From: Myxococcota bacterium
GTDB taxonomy: Bacteria > Myxococcota > JACRCW01
Assembly (NCBI GenBank): GCA_040752415.1
Contig: JBFMGU010000099.1
Coordinates: 1-36,063, forward strand
Length of the DNA stretch: 36,063 nt
Direction: 5' to 3'
Below the pieces are notes generated by a model. It was not told where the DNA came from. It did no database searches and saw only the letters and a program-made list of their open reading frames with translations. Below, piece by piece: positions 26,509 through 35,563 of the stretch. A program made the translations under genes and the position numbers. Position 1 is the stretch's first letter; the number at the start of each line of letters is the position of its first letter.

Positions 26509-28128
26509 ATGAGCCTCACCCGTCGGGACATCCTGGCGCAGTTCCTGGGCGCACCGCTCGCACTCGCGGCGTGTCGACGGGAGCCACCGCGCGTGGACGC
26601 ATCCTTTGCCGGCGCCTCCGCGGACAGCGGTCACCGCTCCCGACAACCGCAGCCCATCCCGTCGGTGCCCCCGGAGCGCGTGGTGCGGAAACGCGTGGTC
26701 ATCGTCGGGGGCGGGCCCAGCGGACTGTCCGCGGCGTGGGCCATGCGGCGCGCGGGTTTCAAGGATGTCGTCGTGCTGGAGGCGGAGCCAAGGCCGGGTG
26801 GGACCAGCGCTTCCGGTCGCAGCGACGTCACCGCGTATCCCTTTGGCGCGCACTACCTCCCCGTTCCCGACCGGACCAACCCCGCGCTGCTCTCCCTGCT
26901 CGACGAGATGGGCGCGTTGGATGGCGTGGACGAACACGGCCTGCCGAGAGGCGCGGAGCACATGCTGGTCCGTGAGCCCGACGAGCGACTCTTCATGCAC
27001 GGCTACTGGCACCAGGGCCTGCTCCCGCGCGCGGGCATGTCCGCCGACGACGCGCGGCAGATTGGGGCGTTCCAGCAGGAGGTCCATCGTCTCTCCCAGC
27101 TCACCGACGGGCGGGGGCGGCGCGCGTTCTCGTTGCCGTTGCGTTTCTCGTCGGACGACGCCGAGCTGACGGCGTTGGACCGCATCAGCATGGCGCAGTG
27201 GATGGACCAGCACGGGTTCACCAGCAAGCGGCTGCGGTGGATGGTGGAATACGCGTGTCGCGACGACCATGGGACCCTGCTCCCCGACACCAGCGCGTGG
27301 GTGGCCCTGTTCTACTTCTGCGCGCGACACCGTCCTGAAACCGGTGAGTCCGCGCCGTTCCTGACCTGGCCCGAGGGGAACGGCCGCTTGGTGACGCACC
27401 TGGCAAAGCCGTTGGGGGCGGCGTTGCAGCTCAACACCGTCGTCCTCGACGTGGCACCGACGGAGTCCGGCGTGGAAATCACCGCGCTGGATGCGCAGGG
27501 CCCGGTGAAGTACGTGGCCGAGCGCGTGGTGGCCGCGGTGCCCAAGCCGTTCCTCCGCCACGTCGTCAAGCCTTGGCGCGAGAATCCTCCGTCACACCTG
27601 CAGGCGTTCCGCTACGGGAGCTGGCTCACCGCCAACCTGCACCTGCGCAGTAGACCCGTCACGCGCGGTTTCGAAGTGGCGTGGGACAACGTCATCTACG
27701 ACAGCCCCTCGCTCGGCTACATCGTGGCGACGCACCAGCGGGGACCCGATCTTGGCCCCACGGTGTGGACCTGGTACCTCCCAGTCACGGATCCCGACGT
27801 CATCAAGGCGCGCAAATGGCTCCTGGCCCTCTCCGCGCAGGAAGCCGCCGACGTGGCGCTGCAGGATCTCGGTCGGGCGCACGCGGATCTCGTCGAGCGG
27901 GTGGAGCGCGTGGAGGTCTTCCGGCACGGTCACGCCATGGTCCGCCCCGACGTGGGTTTCATGTGGGGAGCGGATCGGCGCAAGGCGCAGGAGCCGCTGG
28001 GGCGCATCCATTTCGCGCATTGTGACCTCAGCGGGCTGCCACTCTTCGAGGAGGCGTTTGACCAGGGCATCCGCGCCGCCGAGGAGGTCATGGCCGCGCT
28101 GCAGATTCCGTTCGCCACGCTGCGTTGA
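26509..28128 (+). CDS. FAD-dependent oxidoreductase (flavin amine oxidase family) with a twin-arginine signal
   Basis: TRRDIL Tat motif, GGGPSGL Rossmann motif, GG…GAHY, HCDLSGLPLFEEA. Confidence 0.88.
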   Translation: MSLTRRDILAQFLGAPLALAACRREPPRVDASFAGASADSGHRSRQPQPIPSVPPERVVRKRVVIVGGGPSGLSAAWAMRRAGFKDVVVLEAEPRPGGTSASGRSDVTAYPFGAHYLPVPDRTNPALLSLLDEMGALDGVDEHGLPRGAEHMLVREPDERLFMHGYWHQGLLPRAGMSADDARQIGAFQQEVHRLSQLTDGRGRRAFSLPLRFSSDDAELTALDRISMAQWMDQHGFTSKRLRWMVEYACRDDHGTLLPDTSAWVALFYFCARHRPETGESAPFLTWPEGNGRLVTHLAKPLGAALQLNTVVLDVAPTESGVEITALDAQGPVKYVAERVVAAVPKPFLRHVVKPWRENPPSHLQAFRYGSWLTANLHLRSRPVTRGFEVAWDNVIYDSPSLGYIVATHQRGPDLGPTVWTWYLPVTDPDVIKARKWLLALSAQEAADVALQDLGRAHADLVERVERVEVFRHGHAMVRPDVGFMWGADRRKAQEPLGRIHFAHCDLSGLPLFEEAFDQGIRAAEEVMAALQIPFATLR

Positions 28129-29261
28129 GCCCACGCGCTCGACGGTGGTACGGCGGGAACGTGACGCCGTGGCTGTTTGATCGTCGGACGGACCTCTGGG
28201 CCTTTGGCGGCAGCGCTGCGCTCTCGGTGGCGTTGTTCCTGCTCCTCCACGCCGTGGGCCTCGCTGACGCCGCCACGCCGCCGTGGGCGTTCCTGTTGCT
28301 CGTCGTGGGCGTCGACGTGGCGCACGTGTGGAGCACCATCTACCGCGTGTACCTGGACACCGAGGAGCTTGCCCGACGACGCATGCTGTACGTGGGCGTC
28401 CCGCTCATCACGTATGCCGTCGGCGTGGTGCTCCACTGGCAGGGCTCCCACGTGTTCTGGCGCGCGCTCGCGTACCTCGCTGTCTTCCACTTCGTCCGGC
28501 AGCAGTACGGCTGGGTCATGTGGTACCGCCGCAACGCCCGGGAGCCGTTGGGCGCACGACTGCGCGTCGACCAGGTGGCCATCTACGCCGCCACGCTGGG
28601 CCCGCTGCTGTGGTGGCACTCCCGGCTGCCGCTGCCGTTCCACTGGTTCGTGAAGGACGACTTCGTCCCCGGCCTCCCGACGTGGGTGGGCGACGTGGCG
28701 TTGGGTCTCGAGGCGCTGTGCCTCGTCGTCTACGGCCTGGCCCATGCACACGCGCGAGGCGCGCAGCCCTGGGGGAAACACCTTGTCGTCGGTAGCCCGG
28801 CGCTGTGCTGGTTCCTCTCCATCGTCCTCGCCGGCGGAGACCTGGCCTTCACCGTCGTCAACGTGCTGCCGCATGGCATCCCGTACCTGGTGCTGTGTCG
28901 TCGGTACGCGCGGGGCAGGGCGCGCTCCACGGGCGAGGGCGGAGGCGTGGCGGCGGCGCTCATGCGGGGCGGTGTGGCGGTCTACCTCGGCAGCGTGGTG
29001 GCGCTCGCGTACGTCGAGGAGGCGGTCTGGGAGTGGACCATCTGGCACGACCACCCCTCGTTGTTCGGCGAGCTGACCCTGGACGTGGCGACGTCGTGGC
29101 ATGCCCTGCTGGTGCCATTGCTCTCGCTGCCGCAGGCCTCCCACTACGTGTTGGACGGCTTCATCTGGCGCGGTGGCCCCAGGAATCCCCTGCTGGCGCC
29201 CGCGTTGGCGCCCCACGTCGACGCGGGAGGCGCTGTCGCCTCGGGCGGAAGGACGGGTTGA
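28125..29261 (+). CDS. Multi-pass membrane protein with conserved His motifs
   Basis: About 9 hydrophobic segments; DVAHVWST, FHFVRQQYG, HGIPY, SHYVLDGFIW; TTGA overlap with the upstream stop (GTG 28161 is an alternative start). Confidence 0.8.
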   Translation: MSPRARRWYGGNVTPWLFDRRTDLWAFGGSAALSVALFLLLHAVGLADAATPPWAFLLLVVGVDVAHVWSTIYRVYLDTEELARRRMLYVGVPLITYAVGVVLHWQGSHVFWRALAYLAVFHFVRQQYGWVMWYRRNAREPLGARLRVDQVAIYAATLGPLLWWHSRLPLPFHWFVKDDFVPGLPTWVGDVALGLEALCLVVYGLAHAHARGAQPWGKHLVVGSPALCWFLSIVLAGGDLAFTVVNVLPHGIPYLVLCRRYARGRARSTGEGGGVAAALMRGGVAVYLGSVVALAYVEEAVWEWTIWHDHPSLFGELTLDVATSWHALLVPLLSLPQASHYVLDGFIWRGGPRNPLLAPALAPHVDAGGAVASGGRTG

Positions 29262-29332
29262 CCGCAGGCGTGCGCGGACTCTACGGTGCCGCGCCTTTAG
29301 ACATGCGGGCTTTGTCCCGTCCGGGAGAGCAG

Positions 29333-30901
29333 ATGACGACCTCGCGCATTGCACTGTCCACGCTTCTGGTGGGCGCGCTGTTGGCCTGCGGCAAGGGGGA
29401 TCCCAACACGCCGGAGTACTGGGTGAAGGCGTTGACGGACAAGAAGTCCCGCGAGCAGGCACTGAAGGACATCCGCAAGGACAAGGCCGCGCACCACGTG
29501 GACGGACTCCTGGCGCTGATGGCCGAGGAAGGTGACCACCGCGACGACGTGGCGCAGATGCTGGGCCAGCTGGGTGAGAAGTTCCCCGACGCGCGCGACC
29601 GCATCGGCAAGGCGCTCACCGACGTGGTGGACTACGGTGTCAGCGCCGCCAGCGACAAGACCTCCCGTCGGAAGAACCTCACCAACCAGCGCGCCGTGGA
29701 GGCCTTTGGCCGCATGGGCTACGCCGCCGGCGGGGAGGCCGCGGGCCGCCTGCTCGAGACCAGCAAGGACCAGAACGTGCGCCTGGCCGCGGTCACCGCG
29801 CTGGGGCGCCTGAAGAGCAAGGCGTACTCCGACAAGCTCATCACCGTCGTCGAGGAAGACGACAACAACTTCATGGTGAAGAACGCCATCATCGCCCTGG
29901 GCAACACGGGCGAGGAGAAGGCGATTCCCGCGCTGGTCAACAAGCTCTTCTTCGAGCGCAGCGTCAGCTTCTACGCCGAGAGCAGCTACGCGCTGTTCCA
30001 GATTGGCAAGCCCGCCGTCCCCGCGCTGGTGGATGTGCTCAATGGCAAGAGCGACGCGCTCAAGAAGCTCCCGCAGCAGCCCAACCCCTGGATCGTGAAG
30101 GCCAAGGTGGTGGAAATCCTCGCCGACATTGGCGACGCGAAGGCCACCGAGCCCGCCATGGCCATCCTCAAGGCCCCCGACAGCGGCGACCCGTTCCAGA
30201 AGATCGCCATTGCCAAGGCCGCCGCGGCCGCGGGTCGCCTGGGCATCAAGGACGCCGCGCCCATGCTGCGCAAGCTGGGCACCAACGTCGACGTCACCCA
30301 GGCTGAGCTGCCCCTGGAGGCGCTGGAGCTGATTGGTGACCGCGCCGCCGCCGCCGAGCTCATCAAGATTGCGTCCAAGGACGGCTACATGGCCGCCTGC
30401 AAGGCGGAGGGCTACGACGACGAGGCCTGCAAGAACAGCGAGGCGGAGGTCCGTCAGCTGCGCCTGGAGGCCGGTACGCGCCTGGGCACGGCCGCGGAGC
30501 TGGATGCCGTCGAGAAGATGGAGGCAGCCGAGAAGGACGCCGCCATCAAGGAGATGATTGGCAAGGAGAAGGCGCGACTGGTGGCGGCCAAGGAGTGCGG
30601 CGCCAAGCCGGAGTGCTGGGTTGCCAAGCTGAAGGACCCCAACCCCAAGGTGCGCGACAAGGCGGGCTTCGAGCTCAGCTACCTGAAGAAGCCGGAGACG
30701 CGTGACGCCCTGATGGCCGCACTGCAGGAGGACGATCTCGAGGCGCGCTTTGCCATCTTCGTGGCGCTGCTCCGCCTGGGCGGTGACAAGGGCGCCGACG
30801 ACGTCCGCAAGATCCTCGACGCGGAAGAGGGCAAGGTCCAGTTCATCAAGATCAACGAGGACCTCAAGCGCCTCGAGATCAAGCTGCGTCGCGGCTACTG
30901 A
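29333..30901 (+). CDS. HEAT-repeat lipoprotein
   Basis: LLA/C lipobox; repeated VRLAAVTALG-type HEAT units; very strong codon bias. Confidence 0.85.
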   Translation: MTTSRIALSTLLVGALLACGKGDPNTPEYWVKALTDKKSREQALKDIRKDKAAHHVDGLLALMAEEGDHRDDVAQMLGQLGEKFPDARDRIGKALTDVVDYGVSAASDKTSRRKNLTNQRAVEAFGRMGYAAGGEAAGRLLETSKDQNVRLAAVTALGRLKSKAYSDKLITVVEEDDNNFMVKNAIIALGNTGEEKAIPALVNKLFFERSVSFYAESSYALFQIGKPAVPALVDVLNGKSDALKKLPQQPNPWIVKAKVVEILADIGDAKATEPAMAILKAPDSGDPFQKIAIAKAAAAAGRLGIKDAAPMLRKLGTNVDVTQAELPLEALELIGDRAAAAELIKIASKDGYMAACKAEGYDDEACKNSEAEVRQLRLEAGTRLGTAAELDAVEKMEAAEKDAAIKEMIGKEKARLVAAKECGAKPECWVAKLKDPNPKVRDKAGFELSYLKKPETRDALMAALQEDDLEARFAIFVALLRLGGDKGADDVRKILDAEEGKVQFIKINEDLKRLEIKLRRGY

Positions 30902-30919
30902 GAAGGTTCTGACGACGTC

Positions 30920-31270
30920 ATGGCACCGCTCATCCAACCCCGGGACATCAAGGCCGACCCCATCCGCAAGGAGGTGGTCATTCCGTGGGCGGACGGCCAT
31001 GTCAGTCGCATCCCGTTCCAGGTGCTGCGTGGTTGGTGCCCGTGCGCGGAATGCCAGGGTCACGGCGGACTGGTGCGGTTCCAGGACGTCCCGCCGGTGA
31101 CCATGGTGAAAGTGGAGCCGGTGGGCGCGTACGGCGCGCAGTTCTACTGGAGCGACATGCACAAGACGGGCATCTACCGCTTCGACTACATGCGGGAGCT
31201 GTGTTGCTGTGATGCGTGCAAGGCAGCGCGCGGCGACAAGCCTCCCCGCCCTTCCAACGCCGCCGAATAG
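30920..31270 (+). CDS. DUF971 / GBBH-like N-terminal Zn-binding domain protein
   Basis: WADGH…LRGWCPCAECQGH…VGAYG…WSDMHKTGIYRFDY. Confidence 0.9.
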   Translation: MAPLIQPRDIKADPIRKEVVIPWADGHVSRIPFQVLRGWCPCAECQGHGGLVRFQDVPPVTMVKVEPVGAYGAQFYWSDMHKTGIYRFDYMRELCCCDACKAARGDKPPRPSNAAE

Positions 31271-31295
31271 GCGCGCCACACCGACGAAGTCCCGA

Positions 31296-32177
31296 ATGTC
31301 ACGCGGCATCACGCCAGCATCCTTCCCTCCATCCATCCTGGCGTTTGTGGCCATGCTGCTGACGGCGTGTCCGGGCCCGGAGTACCCGCGTTGCGAGAAG
31401 GACGCGCAGTGTCGGGGCGGTGAGGTGTGCGTGTTTGGCGAATGCCTCACGTGCGCTTTGGATAGCCATTGTCCGAGCGGACAGGTGTGTCGCGGGTACA
31501 AGTGCATCACCGGCGGCGCCTGTAATGTGCACGCGGATTGTCCCACGGGGACGTTCTGCGTGGCGGGGCGGTGCAGCACGGAGTGTCGGACGGATGCGGA
31601 TTGCCCGGAGCACCGCGCGTGCGTGGATCGTCGCTGCACGTTGAAGCCGGGCGCCTGCGACGCACACTCCGACTGCCCCGAGGGCCAGTTCTGCCATGAC
31701 AACACCTGCGGTCCGCCCGCGCCCGGTGACCCCGGTTACGAGGGCCTGACCGAGCCGAGCTTCAGTCGCACCGAGCTGGCGCGCGCCGACGCGGGCATGC
31801 CGAGCGGCGCCGACGCCATGGGGGCGTTGGACCTGTGCGGGCAATCCACGCGCGTCTACTTTGCGTTCAATGAAGCCGGTCTCACCGACGAGACGCGCGA
31901 CATGTTGAACAAGGTGGCCGCCTGTCTGCGCAGCAAGCCGGGCCAGAAGTTCATCATCCAGGGCCACGCCGACGAGCGCGGGAGCACCGAGTACAACCTG
32001 GCGCTGGGGGAGCGTCGGGCGCTGGCCATCAAGCAGTTCCTCGTCGACCTGGGGGTTGGCGCCGAGCGCATGCGCGTGGTCAGCCTGGGCGAGGAGCGGC
32101 CGCTGGATGAAGGACACGACGAGGCGGCGTGGGCCAAGAACCGTCGGGGGGAGTTGATTCCGGAGCGTCAACCTTGA
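31296..32177 (+). CDS. pal: Pal/OmpA-family peptidoglycan-binding lipoprotein with five Cys-rich repeats
   Basis: LTA/C lipobox; VYFAFN, GHADERGSTEYNLALGERRA, SLGEERP, WAKNRR; directly upstream of cpoB. Confidence 0.85.
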   Translation: MSRGITPASFPPSILAFVAMLLTACPGPEYPRCEKDAQCRGGEVCVFGECLTCALDSHCPSGQVCRGYKCITGGACNVHADCPTGTFCVAGRCSTECRTDADCPEHRACVDRRCTLKPGACDAHSDCPEGQFCHDNTCGPPAPGDPGYEGLTEPSFSRTELARADAGMPSGADAMGALDLCGQSTRVYFAFNEAGLTDETRDMLNKVAACLRSKPGQKFIIQGHADERGSTEYNLALGERRALAIKQFLVDLGVGAERMRVVSLGEERPLDEGHDEAAWAKNRRGELIPERQP

Positions 32178-32188
32178 GGAGGCACACC

Positions 32189-33100
32189 ATGAGGATCCAC
32201 CGCAGCCGGTACCTTCCGGGCGCGCTGTTGCTGGCGCTGGCCACGGGGTGCGTGACCACCAAGGAAGAGGGCGACCTGATGCGCCGGGACATCCAGGTCC
32301 TGCAGCAGGAGAACCGCACCCGCGTGGAGAAAGACCGTGAGCTCGACGAGCGGCTGGCCCAGGCCGACGAGAAGCTCCGCCAGATCGAGACGCTGCAGAA
32401 GGAGCTGGACGAGCGCTCGCTGCGCAACAAGGCGGACTTTGGCGCGGAGGTGACCGCGCTGCAGAACGAGGTGGCGGGCCTGCGCGGTCAGCTGGAGACC
32501 AAGGAGTACCAGCTCCGCGAGCGCGAGTTGCAGCTGGGCGCGAGCCAGGACCAGGTGAAGGCGCTGGAGTCGCGCATTGCCGAGCTGCAGAAGCGCATGG
32601 ATGAACTGGAGGCCAAGCAGAAGGCGGCCCCGGTGGCGGAGGCGCCCGCGCAGCCCAAGGAGCCGGAGAAGCCCGCCAAGCCCAGCTTCCCCACCGAGCG
32701 CCAGGCCCTCTACGACTTCTCCAAGAAGGCCTTTGACGACGGGAACTACGAGATGTCGCGCGAGGGCTTCGAGAAGTTCCTCAAGGCGTTCCCCAAGGAC
32801 AAGGAGCTGGTGGACAACGCGCACTACTGGATTGGTGAGACGCACTTCTCGGAGAAGCACTACGACAAGGCGATCCTCAGCTACCAGAAGGTCATCACCG
32901 ACCACCCCAAGAGCGAGAAGGCCGACGCCGCGCTGTTCAAGATGGGCAACGCCTTCGTGGCGCTGGGCTACGACGAGGACGCCAAGGTGTTCTACGAGGA
33001 GCTGCTGCAGAAGCACCCCAAGAGCGCCCTGGTGAAGGAAACCAAGGCCAAGCTCGACGAGCTGAAGAAGAAGAAGAAGCCCGCCGCGAAGAAGAAGTAA
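32189..33100 (+). CDS. cpoB: Tol-Pal system protein CpoB/YbgF (coiled coil + TPR)
   Basis: Lipobox ATG/C, coiled coil, NAHYWIGE…PKSEKADAALFKMG; GAGGAGG RBS. Confidence 0.9.
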   Translation: MRIHRSRYLPGALLLALATGCVTTKEEGDLMRRDIQVLQQENRTRVEKDRELDERLAQADEKLRQIETLQKELDERSLRNKADFGAEVTALQNEVAGLRGQLETKEYQLRERELQLGASQDQVKALESRIAELQKRMDELEAKQKAAPVAEAPAQPKEPEKPAKPSFPTERQALYDFSKKAFDDGNYEMSREGFEKFLKAFPKDKELVDNAHYWIGETHFSEKHYDKAILSYQKVITDHPKSEKADAALFKMGNAFVALGYDEDAKVFYEELLQKHPKSALVKETKAKLDELKKKKKPAAKKK

Positions 33101-33127
33101 GCTCACGAAGCGGGCGAGCGGCACGCA

Positions 33128-33332
33128 CCCTGGAGTGCGGTGCCACGCGATCAGGCGCGCCACGACGACAGGCACCGCCCTGGATCCGGTTGCCGCGTCG
33201 CCGCGAGTCCCCATTCCGTCCAACCGCAAGCGGTGCCCCGTTCCGCGCACGACCTCTTCCGGCCGTTGACGCTGATCCAGGGCGGTGCTGCACGTCGTGG
33301 TGCGTTCAGCCGCGTTGCACCGCACTCCAGGG
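33128..33332. repeat. 59-bp imperfect inverted repeat pair around an 87-nt spacer
   Basis: Arm 33128-33186 versus reverse complement of arm 33274-33332: 47 of 59 positions identical without gaps. Confidence 0.9.
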
Positions 33333-33427
33333 CGCCATTGCGCCGGGCCACCCCCTTCGTGAACGTGGGGAGCGGTTGCGCGTCCAGGATGGTGGCGCGC
33401 AACGGACGTGGACTAAGCTGCCGGGCC

Positions 33428-34006
33428 ATGACCGCTCGACGTCCCGGCGGACGCCTCCTCGCGGCGCTCCTCCTCACCGCGTTCACCGTTCCCGCGCTGG
33501 CCTGGACGCACACGTTCCAGGATCCCGGTATCACCGGCACACTCAGCGGCGGCGACGACGACGTGCTTGCCACGGAATGCCGCCTCACCCTGGACCGCCC
33601 GCCCGAAGCCGTGGTGGCCGTGCTCACCGACTATGACCGCATTGGTGAATGGATGCCGGACACCGTCGAGTACAAGGTGCTCAAGCGCGAGGGCCTCAAC
33701 GGCCGCTTCTACCGTCACAGCAAGACGCCGTTCTTCATGAAGAAGCTCTGGGCCATCGTGGACGCCACCGTGACGACGGGGGAGGACAAGAAGACCCACG
33801 TGACCTGGCACCGCACGGAAGGCACCATCACGCTGTTCGACGCCACCTTTGACGTGGAGCCCGCACCCCAGGGCGCCACGGTCACCTACAAGGTCCGCAC
33901 CGCCGTCCCCCTCTCCATGCCCGGCTTCCTCCTCAAGCGCGTGGGCAGTGAGGCAATCCTGGACACGCTTCGCGGGCTTCGTGCCGCGGTCTATGCGAGG
34001 AAGTAA
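33428..34006 (+). CDS. SRPBCC/START-like (polyketide cyclase-type) protein with signal peptide
   Basis: PPEAVVAVLTDYDRIGEWMPD motif; signal …VPALA/W. Confidence 0.8.
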   Translation: MTARRPGGRLLAALLLTAFTVPALAWTHTFQDPGITGTLSGGDDDVLATECRLTLDRPPEAVVAVLTDYDRIGEWMPDTVEYKVLKREGLNGRFYRHSKTPFFMKKLWAIVDATVTTGEDKKTHVTWHRTEGTITLFDATFDVEPAPQGATVTYKVRTAVPLSMPGFLLKRVGSEAILDTLRGLRAAVYARK

Positions 34007-34078
34007 GCGTCCTTGACATCTCCCCACAACACGCGTTTGGCTTCGTCGGCATAACCGTCGGGGGGCCGGACGGGGATC

Positions 34079-35563
34079 ATGACGAGCGTGCTGGTGGTGG
34101 GCGCTGGATTGGGCGGCCTGACGGCGGCAATCCAGCTGGCGGAAGCAGGACTCAGCGTCACTGTCGTCGAGGCGAGCGACCGCGCGGGTGGCAAGGCGGG
34201 TTCCTACGACATCGGCGGCAAACTCTATGACCACGGGTGGCACGGCTTCCCGGGGTGGTACCTGAACACGCGCGCGCTGCTGGACAAGCTGGGCGTGCAG
34301 CTCGTGGGGTTCCAGGAGGCCTACTTCGTGGACAAGGGGCCGCAGGGCGGGCTGGACCACGCCAAGGTCCTCTTCCTGCCCACGGACCTGGGTGGCCTCA
34401 TCCGGCTGCTCACCGACGGATTCCTGCCGCCCGCGCAGATGACCCTGTACCTGTACTACCTGCTGGACACCATGGCGGCCTCGCTCTCCAACAAGAGCGT
34501 GCTGGACCGCATCAGCCGCACCGCACTCATGCGCGGCAAGTGGTACGTCACCGAGCTCATTGTCACCGCCGACAGCGACAGCCTGCTGAAGGGCACCGCC
34601 ATCCCCGCGTACGAGATGTCGGCGATGACGTGGAAGATCGTCCTGGAGAACTGGGCGCGCTCCCCGCAGCCGTTCATGGCCGTGCTGCCCGGCGACATGC
34701 AGACCACATTCATCCAACCGCTCCTCAACAAGGCGCTCTCCCTGGGCGTGAACGTGATCTTCAATGAGCGCGTGGAGTCCTTTGCCGCCACGACGGGGAA
34801 GGTGACCTCGCTGACCAGCGTGGATGTCAACGGGAACAAGACGGTGCGCACCGCGGATTACTTCGTGATGGGCGCGCCCTCCGAGGTGGCCCGCAAGATC
34901 ATGGGCTGGCCGCTGCTCTCGCAGGACCCCAAGATTGGCGAGTTCCAGCACCTCACCGTCATCCCCATGGGCTCGCTGCACCTCAAGCTCAACAAGAAGC
35001 TGCCCAACGTTCCCAAGGCGCCGGTGTTCTTCAAGGGCGGTCGTTATGCGCTCTCGTTCGTGGACATGTCGCAGATCACCGGCAGCGGCGGGAACACGGT
35101 GCTGAGCTTTGTCACCAGCAACAACGTGGAGCTCATTGACGTCAGCACGCAGGACCAGCTGGAAGCCATGATGGGGGAGGTGACGGCGTACCTGGGCATC
35201 ACCATGGCCGACGTGGATTCCTGGGAGGTCATCTCCAACGTGAACGCGCCGCTGGCGGTGAACGACATTGCCGCGTGGCCCCACCGTCCCACGGTGCGCT
35301 CCGACAAGCTGAAGAACCTTGTCTACGCCTGTGACTGGGCCCAGACGCGCGTGGACCTCTGCTGCATGGAAGGCGCGGTGGCGGCGGCCATGGAAGCGGC
35401 GCACCAGATTGCCAGTGACGTCGGGAAGAGCTCCCCCAGGCCGCAGGTGGCGCCGCAATATCCGCGCTGGTTGCTGAAGATCCTGACGTGGATCCTGTGG
35501 CCCATTGTTCCGCCCGCGTGGCTGTGGGCCAAGCTGTTCGAGCCGCAGGACGGCGTCTCATGA
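34079..35563 (+). CDS. FAD-dependent oxidoreductase (amine oxidase/carotenoid desaturase-like)
   Basis: VVGAGLGGL…EASDRAGG…DHGWHGF; C-terminal NLVYACDW…MEGAV; hydrophobic C-terminal anchor. Confidence 0.85.
   Translation: MTSVLVVGAGLGGLTAAIQLAEAGLSVTVVEASDRAGGKAGSYDIGGKLYDHGWHGFPGWYLNTRALLDKLGVQLVGFQEAYFVDKGPQGGLDHAKVLFLPTDLGGLIRLLTDGFLPPAQMTLYLYYLLDTMAASLSNKSVLDRISRTALMRGKWYVTELIVTADSDSLLKGTAIPAYEMSAMTWKIVLENWARSPQPFMAVLPGDMQTTFIQPLLNKALSLGVNVIFNERVESFAATTGKVTSLTSVDVNGNKTVRTADYFVMGAPSEVARKIMGWPLLSQDPKIGEFQHLTVIPMGSLHLKLNKKLPNVPKAPVFFKGGRYALSFVDMSQITGSGGNTVLSFVTSNNVELIDVSTQDQLEAMMGEVTAYLGITMADVDSWEVISNVNAPLAVNDIAAWPHRPTVRSDKLKNLVYACDWAQTRVDLCCMEGAVAAAMEAAHQIASDVGKSSPRPQVAPQYPRWLLKILTWILWPIVPPAWLWAKLFEPQDGVS

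Noticed and set aside
33128..33332. 6S RNA identity for the long hairpin
   Set aside because: The size fits, but I see no recognisable 6S central bubble or motifs, and the usual zapA/ygfA/rny context is absent. Left unassigned.
34013..34045. TTGACA upstream of the FAD oxidoreductase gene
   Set aside because: No credible -10 hexamer at 16-18 nt spacing.
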